Made by a program: the position numbers and the translations under genes. A stretch of DNA of 64,000 nt from Eubacteriales bacterium (GTDB lineage Bacteria; Bacillota; Clostridia; Oscillospirales; CAG-272): assembly GCA_045128275.1 (NCBI GenBank), contig JBGVRH010000059.1, forward strand, positions 13,226-77,225, in the 5' to 3' direction. How positions within the stretch are numbered: position 1 is the stretch's first letter; each line of letters starts with the position of its first letter. The notes under the pieces were generated by a model. The model had not been told where the DNA came from, did no database searches, and saw only the letters and a program-made list of their open reading frames with translations. Below, piece by piece: positions 6,965 to 16,976 of this stretch.

Positions 6965-9406
6965 ATGAAATTCAAATCCTATTTAGAAAATAACCTCATC
7001 ATCCTCGACGGCGGCATGGGCACCCTCCTGCAAAAGGCGGGCCTCGCCCCCGGGGAGCTGCCCGAGCGGTGGAACCTCACCCACGCCGACGAGGTGACCG
7101 CCATCCACCGCTCCTACTTCGACGCGGGGTCTAACGTGGTCAACACCAACACCTTCGGGGCGAACATCCTGAAGTTTTCCACAGACGAGCTGGACGACAT
7201 TGTCCGCGCCGCCGTGGAGAACGCCCGCGCCGCCGCCGCGCAGTCGGTGGGCACGCAGGCAAAATTCGTCGCGCTGGATATCGGCCCTACGGGGAAGCTC
7301 TTAAAACCCCTGGGGGACTTCGACTTTGAGGATGCCGTATCCGTCTTTGCCGAGACGGTGAAGCTGGGTGTCAAATACGGTGTGGATCTCATCACTGTTG
7401 AGACCATGAACGACAGCTATGAGACCAAGGCGGCACTTTTGGCCGCCAAGGAGAACAGCGACCTTCCCGTGTTGGTGTCCTGCGCCTTCGGGGAGGACGG
7501 CAAGCTCATGACGGGGGCATCCCCCGCCGCCATGGTGGCTCTGCTGGAGGGCATGGGGGCGGATGCCATCGGTGTCAACTGCTCCCTCGGTCCCAAGGCT
7601 CTCGCCCCCGTGGTCAGAGAGTACCTGCGCCTGTCCTCTGTCCCCGTCCTGCTCAAGCCCAACGCGGGACTGCCCACCGTGGTGGAGGGCGAGACGGTGT
7701 ACAACGTCGCCCCCGACGAGTTCGCCCGTGACGTGGCCTCCCTCATCCACGACGGCGTCCGCGTGGCGGGCGGGTGCTGCGGCACTACCCCCGCCTATAT
7801 CGCCGCCCTGACCGCCGAGATCAAAGCGCAGGGGCTCATCGCCGCCCCCATTACCCCCAAGCATGACACCGTGGTGTCCTCCTACACCCACGCCGTCACC
7901 TTTGGCGACGATCCCGCCCTCATCGGGGAGCGCATTAACCCCACGGGCAAGAAGCGCTTCAAGCAGGCCCTCCTGGAGCATGATATCGGCTACATCCTTT
8001 CCGAGGGCATCCGCCAGGAGGAGGCCGGCGCGGATATCCTGGACGTCAACGTGGGACTCCCCGAGATAAACGAGGCGGAGCTTCTGACCGAGGCGGTCTG
8101 TGAGCTGCAGGCCGTCACCGACCTCCCCTTACAAATTGATACCTCCAACCCCGCGGCCATGGAGGCCGCCCTTCGCCGCTATAACGGCAAGGCCATGATC
8201 AATTCCGTCAACGGCAAGGAGGAGTCCCTTCGCGCCGTCCTGCCGCTGGTCAAAAAGTACGGCGGCGTGGTGGTGGCGTTGACCCTGGACGAGAACGGCA
8301 TCCCCGACACCGCCGAGGGACGGGTACAGATCGCCCGCCGTATTCTGTCGGCCGCCGAGTCCTACGGCATCGACAGGAAGGATATCATCTTCGACACCCT
8401 GGCCATGACGGTTTCGGCTTCTCCCAATGCCGCGAATGTCACCCTTGAAGCTCTCTCCCGCATCCGCCGCGAGCTGGGCTGTCACACCTCCCTGGGCGTG
8501 TCCAACATCTCCTTCGGACTCCCCGCCCGCGATGCCATCAACGGCACCTTCTTCGCTATGGCTTTGACGAGTGGCTTGTCTGCCGCCATCATGAACCCCC
8601 ATTCCCCCGACATGATGCGCACCTACCACACCTACCGCGCCCTCAAGGGTCTGGACGAGAGCTTTGCGAGCTACATCCGCTATGCCGAGACCCTCCCCGC
8701 AACCGCCCCCGCCGCCGGGCAGGGAACTACCCCCGTGGATGGTGTGCCCGCCAAAAAGACCGCCGCCGAGGGCTCAACTCTCCTGCAAAAGGCCATCATC
8801 AAGGGTCTGAAGGAGCAGGCCGCTACCCTCACCGCCGAGCTGTTGGTCTCTACCCCCGCCCTCACCGTGGTGCAGTCCGAGATCATCCCCGCCCTGGACA
8901 TCGTGGGGCAGGGCTTTGAGAGAAAGACCACCTACCTCCCCCAGCTCTTAATGGCCGCCGAGGCAGCCAAGGCCGCCTTTGAGGTCATCAAGTCAAGCAT
9001 GACAGCCGCCGAGACCACCGACAACACCGAGCAGAAAATGCCCATCGTGCTGGCCACCGTCAAGGGGGACATCCACGACATCGGCAAGAATATCGTGAAG
9101 CTCCTGCTGGAGAATTACGGCTATCCCGTCACCGACCTGGGTCGCGACGTGGCCCCCGAGGCCGTTGTGGAGGCGACCGTCCGACTCCGCGCTCCGCTGG
9201 TGGGTCTGTCTGCCCTCATGACCACCACCGTCCCCGCCATGGAGGAGACCATCAAAGCTCTCCGCAAGGACGCGCCGTGGTGTAAGATCGTGGTGGGCGG
9301 CGCGGTGCTGACCCCCGACTACGCCGCCGAGATCGGCGCGGACAAGTACGCCGCCGATGCCATGGAGACGGTGCGGTACGCCGAGGAAGTGGCAAGCTCC
9401 GTCTGA
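6965..9406 (+). CDS. metH: cobalamin-dependent methionine synthase, short form (Hcy-binding, pterin-binding and B12-binding domains; no AdoMet reactivation domain)
   Basis: N-terminus ILDGGMGT..., C-terminal B12-binding motif VKGDIHDIGKNIV, 813 aa. The ORF stops directly after the B12 domain. Confidence 0.9.
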   Translation: MKFKSYLENNLIILDGGMGTLLQKAGLAPGELPERWNLTHADEVTAIHRSYFDAGSNVVNTNTFGANILKFSTDELDDIVRAAVENARAAAAQSVGTQAKFVALDIGPTGKLLKPLGDFDFEDAVSVFAETVKLGVKYGVDLITVETMNDSYETKAALLAAKENSDLPVLVSCAFGEDGKLMTGASPAAMVALLEGMGADAIGVNCSLGPKALAPVVREYLRLSSVPVLLKPNAGLPTVVEGETVYNVAPDEFARDVASLIHDGVRVAGGCCGTTPAYIAALTAEIKAQGLIAAPITPKHDTVVSSYTHAVTFGDDPALIGERINPTGKKRFKQALLEHDIGYILSEGIRQEEAGADILDVNVGLPEINEAELLTEAVCELQAVTDLPLQIDTSNPAAMEAALRRYNGKAMINSVNGKEESLRAVLPLVKKYGGVVVALTLDENGIPDTAEGRVQIARRILSAAESYGIDRKDIIFDTLAMTVSASPNAANVTLEALSRIRRELGCHTSLGVSNISFGLPARDAINGTFFAMALTSGLSAAIMNPHSPDMMRTYHTYRALKGLDESFASYIRYAETLPATAPAAGQGTTPVDGVPAKKTAAEGSTLLQKAIIKGLKEQAATLTAELLVSTPALTVVQSEIIPALDIVGQGFERKTTYLPQLLMAAEAAKAAFEVIKSSMTAAETTDNTEQKMPIVLATVKGDIHDIGKNIVKLLLENYGYPVTDLGRDVAPEAVVEATVRLRAPLVGLSALMTTTVPAMEETIKALRKDAPWCKIVVGGAVLTPDYAAEIGADKYAADAMETVRYAEEVASSV

Positions 9407-9411
9407 ATCAT

Positions 9412-9452
9412 ACCGCATCCCCTGTGCCGCATGGACGGGGGATGCGGTTTTT
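9412..9452 (+). terminator. intrinsic terminator after metH
   Basis: ACCGCATCCCC...GGGGGATGCGGT followed by TTTTT. Confidence 0.75.
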
Positions 9453-9535
9453 GTCGCTTTCTGCCGTTTTGTGCGGAAAATACCTGTAAATGGAAAAGAA
9501 AATAAATGGAAACAAGAGAAATTCATCCAAACCCC

Positions 9536-9564
9536 TTGAAAAACACGGAAAGATTTGATATAAT
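9536..9564 (+). promoter_or_regulatory. sigma-A promoter of nagA
   Basis: TTGAAA, 17 nt spacer, TATAAT. Confidence 0.6.
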
Positions 9565-9623
9565 AAGATGATACAGTATACCTAAAATCCCATAGTAGGC
9601 TCTGTTTCCGAAAGGAGCGACTT

Positions 9624-10787
9624 ATGAATACCTGTTTCATCCGCAATGCGCGTATATACAATACCGCCCACCGTGCTTTCTTCGACGGCTCCCTCCTTGT
9701 GGAGAACGGCCGCATCACCGCCCTGTACCCCGCCGACGCCACCCCGCCTGCGGGTGTTCCCGTGTATGACGCCTGTGGCCGCCGCATCATCCCCGGTCTG
9801 GTGGACGTCCATACCCACGGCCGCGCGGGCGGGGACTTCGGCACCGCCGACGTGGCGCAAATGAGGGTCATGGCCAAGTCCTACCTGGACAGCGGCGTGA
9901 CTACCGTCCTGCCCACCCTGGCCTCCGCTCCCCTGTCCGAGCTGGAGACCTCCATTGACTCTATCAATGCCCTCCGCGCCGAGGCCGCCGCCTCTGAGGG
10001 CGAGCTTCCGAGCATCGCGGGTACCCACCTGGAGGGCCGCTACCTCAACGTCAAGCGCCGCGGCGCCCATGCCGCCGATCTGCTGGTGAAGCCCGACCCC
10101 GTCGAGCTGGAGGCTCTGCTGACCCGCATGGATGGTGCCCGTCACGTCTCCGCCGCCCTGGAGCTGGACGAGGACGGACAGGCTCTCCGCCGTGCCCTGG
10201 AGCTGGGGGCTACCGTCTCCCTGGGGCATTCCGATGCCGACTATGCCACAGCTACCGAGCTGATCGCCAAGGGCGTCACCGCCCTGACCCATACCTTCAA
10301 CGCCATGCCCCCCCTCCATCACCGCGACGGCGGTGTGGTGGCGGCGGGACTGACCTCGGATACCGCCCTCTGCGAAATGATCTGCGATGGCTTCCACATC
10401 GCCTCCCACATGGTCAAGCTGGCCTACCGTCTGGCGGGTGAGCGGCTGGTGCTGATCACCGACTCCATGGAGGCCACGGGCTGTCCCGACGGCGAGTACC
10501 GCATTGCGGGCAACCCCGTCACCGTCAAGGACGGCAAGGCCCGCACCCACGACGGCGCCATCGCGGGCAGTACCCTGTCCATGTGGGAGGCCGTGAACAA
10601 CCTCCGCGATTTTGCTGACACCACCCTTGAAAACGCCATTTACGCCGCCACCATGGCCCCCGCTCTGGAGGTAGGGCTGGCGGATGAGATCGGCTCTCTG
10701 GAGGTAGGCAAGCGCGCTGACCTTCTGATCCTGGAGGACGAGGGAGCCATCGGCCGCATCATGTGCGGCGGATACTGGCATACCTGA
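9624..10787 (+). CDS. nagA: N-acetylglucosamine-6-phosphate deacetylase
   Basis: Amidohydrolase motifs GLVDVHTHG..., ...HLEGRYL..., ...LGHSDA...; 387 aa. Confidence 0.85.
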   Translation: MNTCFIRNARIYNTAHRAFFDGSLLVENGRITALYPADATPPAGVPVYDACGRRIIPGLVDVHTHGRAGGDFGTADVAQMRVMAKSYLDSGVTTVLPTLASAPLSELETSIDSINALRAEAAASEGELPSIAGTHLEGRYLNVKRRGAHAADLLVKPDPVELEALLTRMDGARHVSAALELDEDGQALRRALELGATVSLGHSDADYATATELIAKGVTALTHTFNAMPPLHHRDGGVVAAGLTSDTALCEMICDGFHIASHMVKLAYRLAGERLVLITDSMEATGCPDGEYRIAGNPVTVKDGKARTHDGAIAGSTLSMWEAVNNLRDFADTTLENAIYAATMAPALEVGLADEIGSLEVGKRADLLILEDEGAIGRIMCGGYWHT

Positions 10788-10826
10788 ACCCATTTCCCCA
10801 ACCAAGCTACGAAAGGAGAGACCGCT

Positions 10827-11687
10827 ATGAATAACGTGAATTCCGTTACGCCCCCTGCGGCAAGACCCGGTATCGGGCAACAGGCGGCGGACATCCGTCA
10901 CAGAGCCCGCGGCGTGCTGGGCGGATACAGCGGCCGGGTCAGCCATTGGATGACCCTGGTCTTGGCCTTGGCATTCGTCATGACGGCGGCGGTCGCTCTG
11001 TATATGGCCATGGGCGGGCTGGCAACCGCCGGATACCTCCTCTTTGGCGAGGCGGTCTGGGTGGATGCCGTGACCAACGTCCTGCTGGTGGCCTCTTACC
11101 TTGTCTGGATCCTGCCCCTGCTGGCCTCGGTCTGGCGGCTGGCCTGTCTCATGACCGCCCCCGACGGAGCGGTGGTGGACGGCATGGCCGTATCCGTTCC
11201 GCCAGCGACGCTCACCGAGCTGTTCTACCCCTTCACCTCCCTCCGCGCCTACGGGCGCACCATGGCGGTGGCTATGGAGGGACTGGGCTTCGCCGTTCTC
11301 ACGGTGGGCGTTCCCATCCTCCTCTTCCGCCTGGCTCTCCTGCCCCTGGAGCTTTTGAAGGGGAGCTTTCCCTTCCTGCACGGCCTCGCGGTGGCGGCTT
11401 TGGTCTTGATCTGCCTGTCCCTGGGGCTTCTGGCCTTCTTCCTGTCGGGCAAGCGGGCGGGCTTTGGCTATTTCGTTTTTGTCTATGAAGAGATGACCTT
11501 GACCGATGTAGGCCGTTACTATCGCGGCTTCAAGCGTCCCCTGATTCCCGCCTTTATTCAGCGGGTGAGCCTGTGGGGCTGGTACGCCCTGTCGGTGGTG
11601 GGGATCCTGGTGCCCTTCCTGTTCTACACCATCCCCTACGGTCTCTGCTGTGCCGCCGTGTACAGTCGGGAGCTGACCAGAAAATGA
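10827..11687 (+). CDS. hypothetical polytopic membrane protein
   Basis: 286 aa ORF with several hydrophobic helices and a GGAGAG RBS. I recognise no family. Confidence 0.6.
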   Translation: MNNVNSVTPPAARPGIGQQAADIRHRARGVLGGYSGRVSHWMTLVLALAFVMTAAVALYMAMGGLATAGYLLFGEAVWVDAVTNVLLVASYLVWILPLLASVWRLACLMTAPDGAVVDGMAVSVPPATLTELFYPFTSLRAYGRTMAVAMEGLGFAVLTVGVPILLFRLALLPLELLKGSFPFLHGLAVAALVLICLSLGLLAFFLSGKRAGFGYFVFVYEEMTLTDVGRYYRGFKRPLIPAFIQRVSLWGWYALSVVGILVPFLFYTIPYGLCCAAVYSRELTRK

Positions 11688-11732
11688 TCCGCGCGTTACG
11701 CGCCCACAACATAGATTCCGGAGGAATATGAT

Positions 11733-13784
11733 ATGAATTCCAATGAAAATCTCCATACACCCGATGAAAAGGAAGCGGCTGCGGCTCCCCGCAGAGCCAA
11801 TCGATTCCCCGGCCTGAAGCGACGCTTCTGCCTGGGCTTGATTGATGTCCTTTGCTTTGTTGCAGCCTATGCCTTCAACTCGATGTTCCTGGCTATTGCC
11901 TTCCAGATTCCCGTAGGCGAGCTTCTTCTCCGCTGGCCCAACGCCGTGATCCTCATTGGCTTTATCATGGCGGGACGGCTTCTGACCAAGGTTTACCGCA
12001 ACGTATGGCGGTATCCCAACGTCCGCGCCTACATCACCATGGTGGTTTCGGATATGTGCAGCGGCGGTCTGGGCTTCCTGTTCACCTACGCCCTGTCTCA
12101 CATGGGTGTCAGCAAGGTTCACATCGACTTCTGGGAGACCTTTTGCGTGCTGGCGCTCTACGATCTGAGCACCCTGGTGCTGCGCTTTGCTTATCAGCTG
12201 GCTCATCAGAACCGTCACAAGGGTGAGCGGGTCAGCGGTGAGGTCGGCAACATGAACAAGATCGGCATCGCCATCGTGGGCGCGGGGCAGGTGGGCTGTC
12301 ACCTGGCCGAGGAGCTGCGGAATAACCCTTCCTCCCATTACCGTCCCGTTTGCTTCATTGACCGGAATAGAGAAAAGATCGGTATGCGTGTCGCGGACCT
12401 CAACGTCTACGCCGAGGACGATCGCATTCTGAGCAGACTGAAGGCTCTGCCCGTCCAGGAGGTCTTCATCGCCATCACCGATATTTCCGCGGAAGAAAGC
12501 CAGCGTCTCATCAAGCTCTACGGTGAGGCCGGCTACAAGGTCAAGGTCTACGACTTCCCCACCCGTGATATCAGCGATACCGGTTCCGCTCCCGCCCGCC
12601 GCATGGTGCGCGAGCTTCAGCTGGAGGATCTTCTGGGGCGCGAGTCCCTGGAGAACAAGATCAATCCCGAGGAGCTGAAGAGCTACTACGAGGGTCGGGT
12701 CATCCTGGTCACCGGCGGCGGCGGCTCCATCGGCTCCGAGCTGTGCCGTCAGATCGCCAGGTGCAGCCCCAAGAAGCTGATCATCCTGGATATCTACGAG
12801 AACAACGCCTACGCCATCCAGCAGGAGTTGATCCGCAAATACGGAGACAGCCTGGATCTGGCGGTGGAGATCGCCTCGGTCCGTGACGTGGCCCGTATGG
12901 ATTGTATCTTCGATCACTACCGTCCCCAGATCGTTTTCCACGCCGCCGCCCACAAGCACGTCCCCCTCATGGAGCACAGCTCCTGCGAGGCCATCAAGAA
13001 CAACGTCATGGGTACCTATAACGCCGCCAATATGGCCGAAAAGTACGGTGCCGAGCGCTTCGTTCTGATCTCCACCGACAAGGCGGTGAATCCCACCAAC
13101 GTCATGGGCGCCTCCAAGCGGATGTGCGAGATGGTGGTGCTGTGCCGCGCGGACAGCAAGACCGAGTTCACCGCCGTGCGCTTCGGTAACGTCCTGGGCT
13201 CCAACGGCTCGGTCATCCCCCTGTTCCGCTCCCAGATCGAGCAGGGCGGCCCCGTGACCATTACCGACAAGCGCATCATCCGCTACTTCATGACCATCCC
13301 CGAGGCCAGCCGCCTGGTGATGATGGCGGGCTCCATGGCCAAGGACGGCGAGCTGTTCGTCCTGGATATGGGCAAGCAGGTACATATCATTGATCTGGCC
13401 GAGAATATGATCCGCATGATGGGCTACGTGCCCTACAAGGACATTGACATCGTGGAGGTCGGTCTGCGCCCCGGCGAGAAGCTCTACGAGGAGCTGCTCA
13501 TGGACAAGGACAATCTGACCAAGACCTCCAACAGCCTTATTTTCATCGAAAATGACCTGGCTCCCACCCGCGAGGAGGTGGAGGAAAAGATCCGCATCCT
13601 GTGTGACGCCGTCAAGGCCACCGAGCATGAGCTGGCCAGCCCCTGCATCAAGGAGGCTATGAAGCGGGTTGTGCCCACCTTCCACGATCCCGAGGAGGTC
13701 AACTGCAAGGCCGCCGAGACCCGCGAGATGAAGGAAGCCAACGGCGGGGAAGCTCCCGTCGAGGCAGGCGCGACTGTATCGTAA
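11733..13784 (+). CDS. membrane-anchored polysaccharide biosynthesis protein, CapD/PglF/WbpM-like NDP-sugar 4,6-dehydratase
   Basis: N-terminal TM helices, then Rossmann motifs VTGGGGSIGSEL and FHAAAHKHVPLME, and ISTDKAVNPTNVMGASKR. Confidence 0.85.
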   Translation: MNSNENLHTPDEKEAAAAPRRANRFPGLKRRFCLGLIDVLCFVAAYAFNSMFLAIAFQIPVGELLLRWPNAVILIGFIMAGRLLTKVYRNVWRYPNVRAYITMVVSDMCSGGLGFLFTYALSHMGVSKVHIDFWETFCVLALYDLSTLVLRFAYQLAHQNRHKGERVSGEVGNMNKIGIAIVGAGQVGCHLAEELRNNPSSHYRPVCFIDRNREKIGMRVADLNVYAEDDRILSRLKALPVQEVFIAITDISAEESQRLIKLYGEAGYKVKVYDFPTRDISDTGSAPARRMVRELQLEDLLGRESLENKINPEELKSYYEGRVILVTGGGGSIGSELCRQIARCSPKKLIILDIYENNAYAIQQELIRKYGDSLDLAVEIASVRDVARMDCIFDHYRPQIVFHAAAHKHVPLMEHSSCEAIKNNVMGTYNAANMAEKYGAERFVLISTDKAVNPTNVMGASKRMCEMVVLCRADSKTEFTAVRFGNVLGSNGSVIPLFRSQIEQGGPVTITDKRIIRYFMTIPEASRLVMMAGSMAKDGELFVLDMGKQVHIIDLAENMIRMMGYVPYKDIDIVEVGLRPGEKLYEELLMDKDNLTKTSNSLIFIENDLAPTREEVEEKIRILCDAVKATEHELASPCIKEAMKRVVPTFHDPEEVNCKAAETREMKEANGGEAPVEAGATVS

Positions 13785-13802
13785 GCCGAGAAGGCAAAAA
13801 GA

Positions 13803-13837
13803 AGGCATCCTCCCAAGAGACGGGAGGATGCCTTTTA
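13803..13837 (+). terminator. intrinsic terminator after the capD-like gene
   Basis: AGGCATCCTCCC...GGGAGGATGCCT followed by TTTTA. Confidence 0.7.
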
Positions 13838-13883
13838 TGTTGATTCGGTTACGGTGTTATACGAAAAGCTTGAACATATTTTA

Positions 13884-13982
13884 CCCTCTCACCCGCTTCG
13901 CGGGAGCTCTCCCAAAGGGAGAGCCTTTCAAGAGCCTCCCCCCTTGGGGGAGGTGGCATGCCGTAGGCATGACGGAGAGGGC
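13884..13982. repeat. inverted pair of GC-rich palindromic units (REP-like)
   Basis: CCCTCTCACCCGCTTCGCGGGAGCTCTCCCAAAGGGAGAGCC and its imperfect inverse. Same unit family as 5717-5852. Confidence 0.6.
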
Positions 13983-14016
13983 AGATAAGGATCAAACTTT
14001 TCATTGGGAATTCGTA

Positions 14017-15147
14017 TTATTCCCACATTCTGCGTACCGGCTTGTGCGCCTTCACCGAATGCACCATGCCCACCAGGATGTAGGAGGCCAGCAGGGAGGA
14101 GCCGCCACAGGAGAGGAAGGGGAGGGTGATGCCCACCACAGGGAGAATGGCCAGGCACATACCCACGTTCTCTAAGGTCTGGGCGATGATGACCGCCGCC
14201 ACACCCACCGAAATGAGCATACCGTAGTCGTGGCAGGATTCCCGGGCGATCCAGAGGATCCGCATGACCAGAACGGCCAGGGTGATAATGACCAGAAGGC
14301 CACCGATGAAGCCGAACTTCTCGCAGACCGTGGCCAGGATGAAGTCAGTGTGGGAGGCGGTCAGCTCCTCGTAGTCGCCGCCGTTCTGCCAGCCGACACC
14401 CAGGAGACCGCCGTTCTCAATGCACTGCTTGGAGAGGAGAGGCTGCCAGCCCTTGTCCTTGGGATCCAGGGCGGGGTTGAAGCCCACCACGATGCGATCC
14501 TGCTGGTAGGTGGCCAGGAAGTCCCACAGGAAGGGAAAGGCCACCGCGACGGCTCCGCCCACCCCCGCGAAGTAGCCCCAATGGAGTCCCGCGCAAAAGA
14601 GCATGATGAGCACCAGCACCATGTAAACCAGCGCCACGCCCAGGTCGCCCGAGACCAGGATCAGCCCCACGATGAGCAGGGCGTGAGCCCCCAGGAGCAG
14701 GAGGGTCTTGAGCTTGTTGATGGAGGCGCGCACCGTGTGGAGATGCTTGGCAAAGGTGCAGATAAAGGTGATCTTAACGAATTCGGAGGGCTGGATGGCG
14801 ATGCCGATGACGGGGATGGTGAGCCAGCTCTTGTTGGCGGTCTCCATGCCCGCGCCGGTGTCACCCGCCACCAGGGTCAGACCCAAAAGTCCCACCGAGA
14901 AGATGAGCATGAACATCCACAGCCGATCCAGGATGAGATGGTAGTCCAGATTGGCCACAATGAAGGTGAGGATCACCCCCACCACCGCCATGGCAAACTG
15001 CATCTTCAGCTTACTCATGCCGAAGTTGTCCACCGCGCCGTATACCGTCACCAGACTGATGACCGACAGCACCGTGGTGCAGAGCAGAAGCACCCAATCC
15101 ACGCGGCGGACAGCGTCGGTCAAAAATAGTTTGATCTTTTCGCCCAT
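14017..15147 (-). CDS. FtsW/RodA/SpoVE family cell-wall polymerase
   Basis: 376 aa polytopic protein with a SEDS-family C-terminus (...GITLPFLSCGGSSLLASYILVGMV). ATG at 15147 has an AGGAGC RBS. Confidence 0.85.
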   Translation of the reverse strand: MGEKIKLFLTDAVRRVDWVLLLCTTVLSVISLVTVYGAVDNFGMSKLKMQFAMAVVGVILTFIVANLDYHLILDRLWMFMLIFSVGLLGLTLVAGDTGAGMETANKSWLTIPVIGIAIQPSEFVKITFICTFAKHLHTVRASINKLKTLLLLGAHALLIVGLILVSGDLGVALVYMVLVLIMLFCAGLHWGYFAGVGGAVAVAFPFLWDFLATYQQDRIVVGFNPALDPKDKGWQPLLSKQCIENGGLLGVGWQNGGDYEELTASHTDFILATVCEKFGFIGGLLVIITLAVLVMRILWIARESCHDYGMLISVGVAAVIIAQTLENVGMCLAILPVVGITLPFLSCGGSSLLASYILVGMVHSVKAHKPVRRMWE

Positions 15148-15162
15148 GGGGGTGCTCCTTTC

Positions 15163-15358
15163 TTCGAATTTGGGTTTGAGGGGGTCTTCACGCCCGAAGG
15201 GCATCGTTCCTCTCCGTTGCGCCCGACGGGCGCACATCAGTTGCCCCATCGGGGCAACATCATTTCACTGCGGGTCACCGCGGTGAATATCATTGCGCCT
15301 GCGGTTTCATCCGCGGCGCACATCGTTTGCGGTTGATCGGAACGATAAACCGCAATTT
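15163..15358. repeat. MITE-like dispersed repeat, copy 3 (minus orientation)
   Basis: Ends are TTCGAATTTGGGTTTGAGG (15163-15181) and ATAAACCGCAATTT (15345-15358). The interior is a series of short GC hairpins. Confidence 0.5.
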
Positions 15359-15361
15359 ATC

Positions 15362-15390
15362 AAAAGGGAGAGCGGTCGCCCTCCCTTTTT
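15362..15390 (-). terminator. intrinsic terminator after proS
   Basis: Minus strand AAAAAGGGAGGGCGACCGCTCTCCCTTTTG. Confidence 0.7.
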
Positions 15391-15400
15391 CAGATTTCAA

Positions 15401-16843
15401 TTAATACTGACGGCCCCAAACAACCAGGTGCTTGGCGGGCTTACCGCAGCAAGCGCAGACGTCGGAGGGCTTTTCGTGCTCGCCGAAGGGGATGCAGCGG
15501 GACTTCACACCGCCGGTCTCATCCTTGATCTGCTCCTCGCAGGCGGTCTCACCGCACCACATAGCCTTGATGTAGCCGGGCTTGTTGGCGGCGATCTCCA
15601 AAAACTCCTCGTGGTTGTGAGCGATGTGGGTCTTCTCGGCCAGGTTCTTCTCGCAGCGGGAAACCAGCTCGTTGTGCACCTGATCCAGCATAGCCTGCAC
15701 CTCGGCCTCCACGTTGTCCAGAGACACGAAGCTCTTCTCGCGGGTCACGCGGCTGACCAGCACGCAGGAGTTGTTCTCGATATCGCGGGGGCCGATCTCC
15801 AGACGGACGGGCACGCCCTTCATCTCATACTGGCTGAACTTCCAGCCGGCGGAGTTGTCGCTGTCATCCAGCTTGACGCGGATACCGGCGGCGGCGAGAC
15901 GATCCTTGATGGCATTGGCATTCTCCAGCACGCCGGGCTTATGCTGGGCGGCGGGGATGATGACCACCTGGATGGGGGCGATGCGGGGAGGCAGGATCAG
16001 ACCATTGTCGTCACCGTGAGCCATGATGATGGCACCGATCATACGGGTGGACACGCCCCAAGAGGTCTGATGGGGGTGCTTGACGGTGTTGTCGCGGTCG
16101 GTGAAGGTGATGTCGAAGGCCTCGGCAAATCCGGTGCCGAAGTAGTGGGAGGTACCGCCCTGGAGCGCGACACCGTTGTGCATCATGGGCTCGATGGTGT
16201 AGGTCTCCACGGCACCCGCGAACTTCTCCTTCTCGGTCTTCTGACCCGTGATGGCGGGGATAGCCAGGGAGTCGCGGTAGAAGTCCTCGTAGACCTTCAG
16301 CATCTGAATGGTCTCGGCGCGGGCCTCGTCCTCGGTGGCGTGCATGGTGTGACCCTCCTGCCAGAGGAATTCCGAGGTGCGGAGGAAGGGACGGGTGGTC
16401 TTCTCCCAGCGGACCACGTTGCACCACTGGTTGTACAGCTTGGGCAGGTCGCGGTAGGAGTGGATGATGTCCTTGTAATGCTCACAGAACAGGGTCTCGG
16501 AGGTGGGGCGCACGATGAGGCGCTCGGAGAGGGTGTTCTGACCGCCGATGGTGACCACGGCGCACTCGGGAGCGAAGCCCTCCACGTGATCCTTCTCCTT
16601 CTGGAGCAGGCTCTCGGGGATGAACATGGGCATATAGACGTTCTCATGACCCAGAGCCTTGAAGCGGGCGTCCAGATCCTTCTGGATGTTCTCCCAGATG
16701 GCGTAGCCATAGGGGCGGATGACCATACAGCCCTTCACGCCGGAGTAGTCCACCAGCTCGGCCTTCTTGACCACGTCGGTGTACCACTGGGCGAAATCTA
16801 CGTCCATGGAGGTGATTTGTTCTACGAATTTATCCTTTGCCAT
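15401..16843 (-). CDS. proS: prolyl-tRNA synthetase, archaeal/eukaryote-like type
   Basis: [25 protein letters not shown]...[14 protein letters not shown]...; C-terminal Zn-binding tail ending ...WGRQY; 480 aa. Confidence 0.9.
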   Translation of the reverse strand: MAKDKFVEQITSMDVDFAQWYTDVVKKAELVDYSGVKGCMVIRPYGYAIWENIQKDLDARFKALGHENVYMPMFIPESLLQKEKDHVEGFAPECAVVTIGGQNTLSERLIVRPTSETLFCEHYKDIIHSYRDLPKLYNQWCNVVRWEKTTRPFLRTSEFLWQEGHTMHATEDEARAETIQMLKVYEDFYRDSLAIPAITGQKTEKEKFAGAVETYTIEPMMHNGVALQGGTSHYFGTGFAEAFDITFTDRDNTVKHPHQTSWGVSTRMIGAIIMAHGDDNGLILPPRIAPIQVVIIPAAQHKPGVLENANAIKDRLAAAGIRVKLDDSDNSAGWKFSQYEMKGVPVRLEIGPRDIENNSCVLVSRVTREKSFVSLDNVEAEVQAMLDQVHNELVSRCEKNLAEKTHIAHNHEEFLEIAANKPGYIKAMWCGETACEEQIKDETGGVKSRCIPFGEHEKPSDVCACCGKPAKHLVVWGRQY

Positions 16844-16885
16844 TGTTGTAATGTCCTTTCTTGGCGAAATATCAATAGATAATTT

Positions 16886-16914
16886 ATTATACCGCATAAG
16901 GAGGAATTTGTCAA
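16886..16914 (-). promoter_or_regulatory. sigma-A promoter of proS
   Basis: Minus strand TTGACA, 17 nt spacer, TATAAT. Confidence 0.65.
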
Positions 16915-16937
16915 GGGGGATGGGGGATTTTTTGCGA

Positions 16938-16976
16938 AAAAGAGGGTGTCTCCCAAGAAAAGAGACACCCAAAAAA
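16938..16976 (-). terminator. intrinsic terminator after cassette 1
   Basis: GGGTGTCTC...GAGACACCC with flanking T runs, directly after the TAG stop at 16977. Confidence 0.7.

Noticed and set aside
16930-16940. The recurrent TTTTGCGAAAA string (16930, 19808, about 23888, 48627) as a shared regulator binding site near promoters.
   Set aside because: Its orientation and distance relative to the -35 differ between minus-strand and plus-strand promoters, and two copies overlap the A/T shoulder of neighbouring terminators. It is more likely UP-element-like A/T tracts or terminator flanks than a specific operator.
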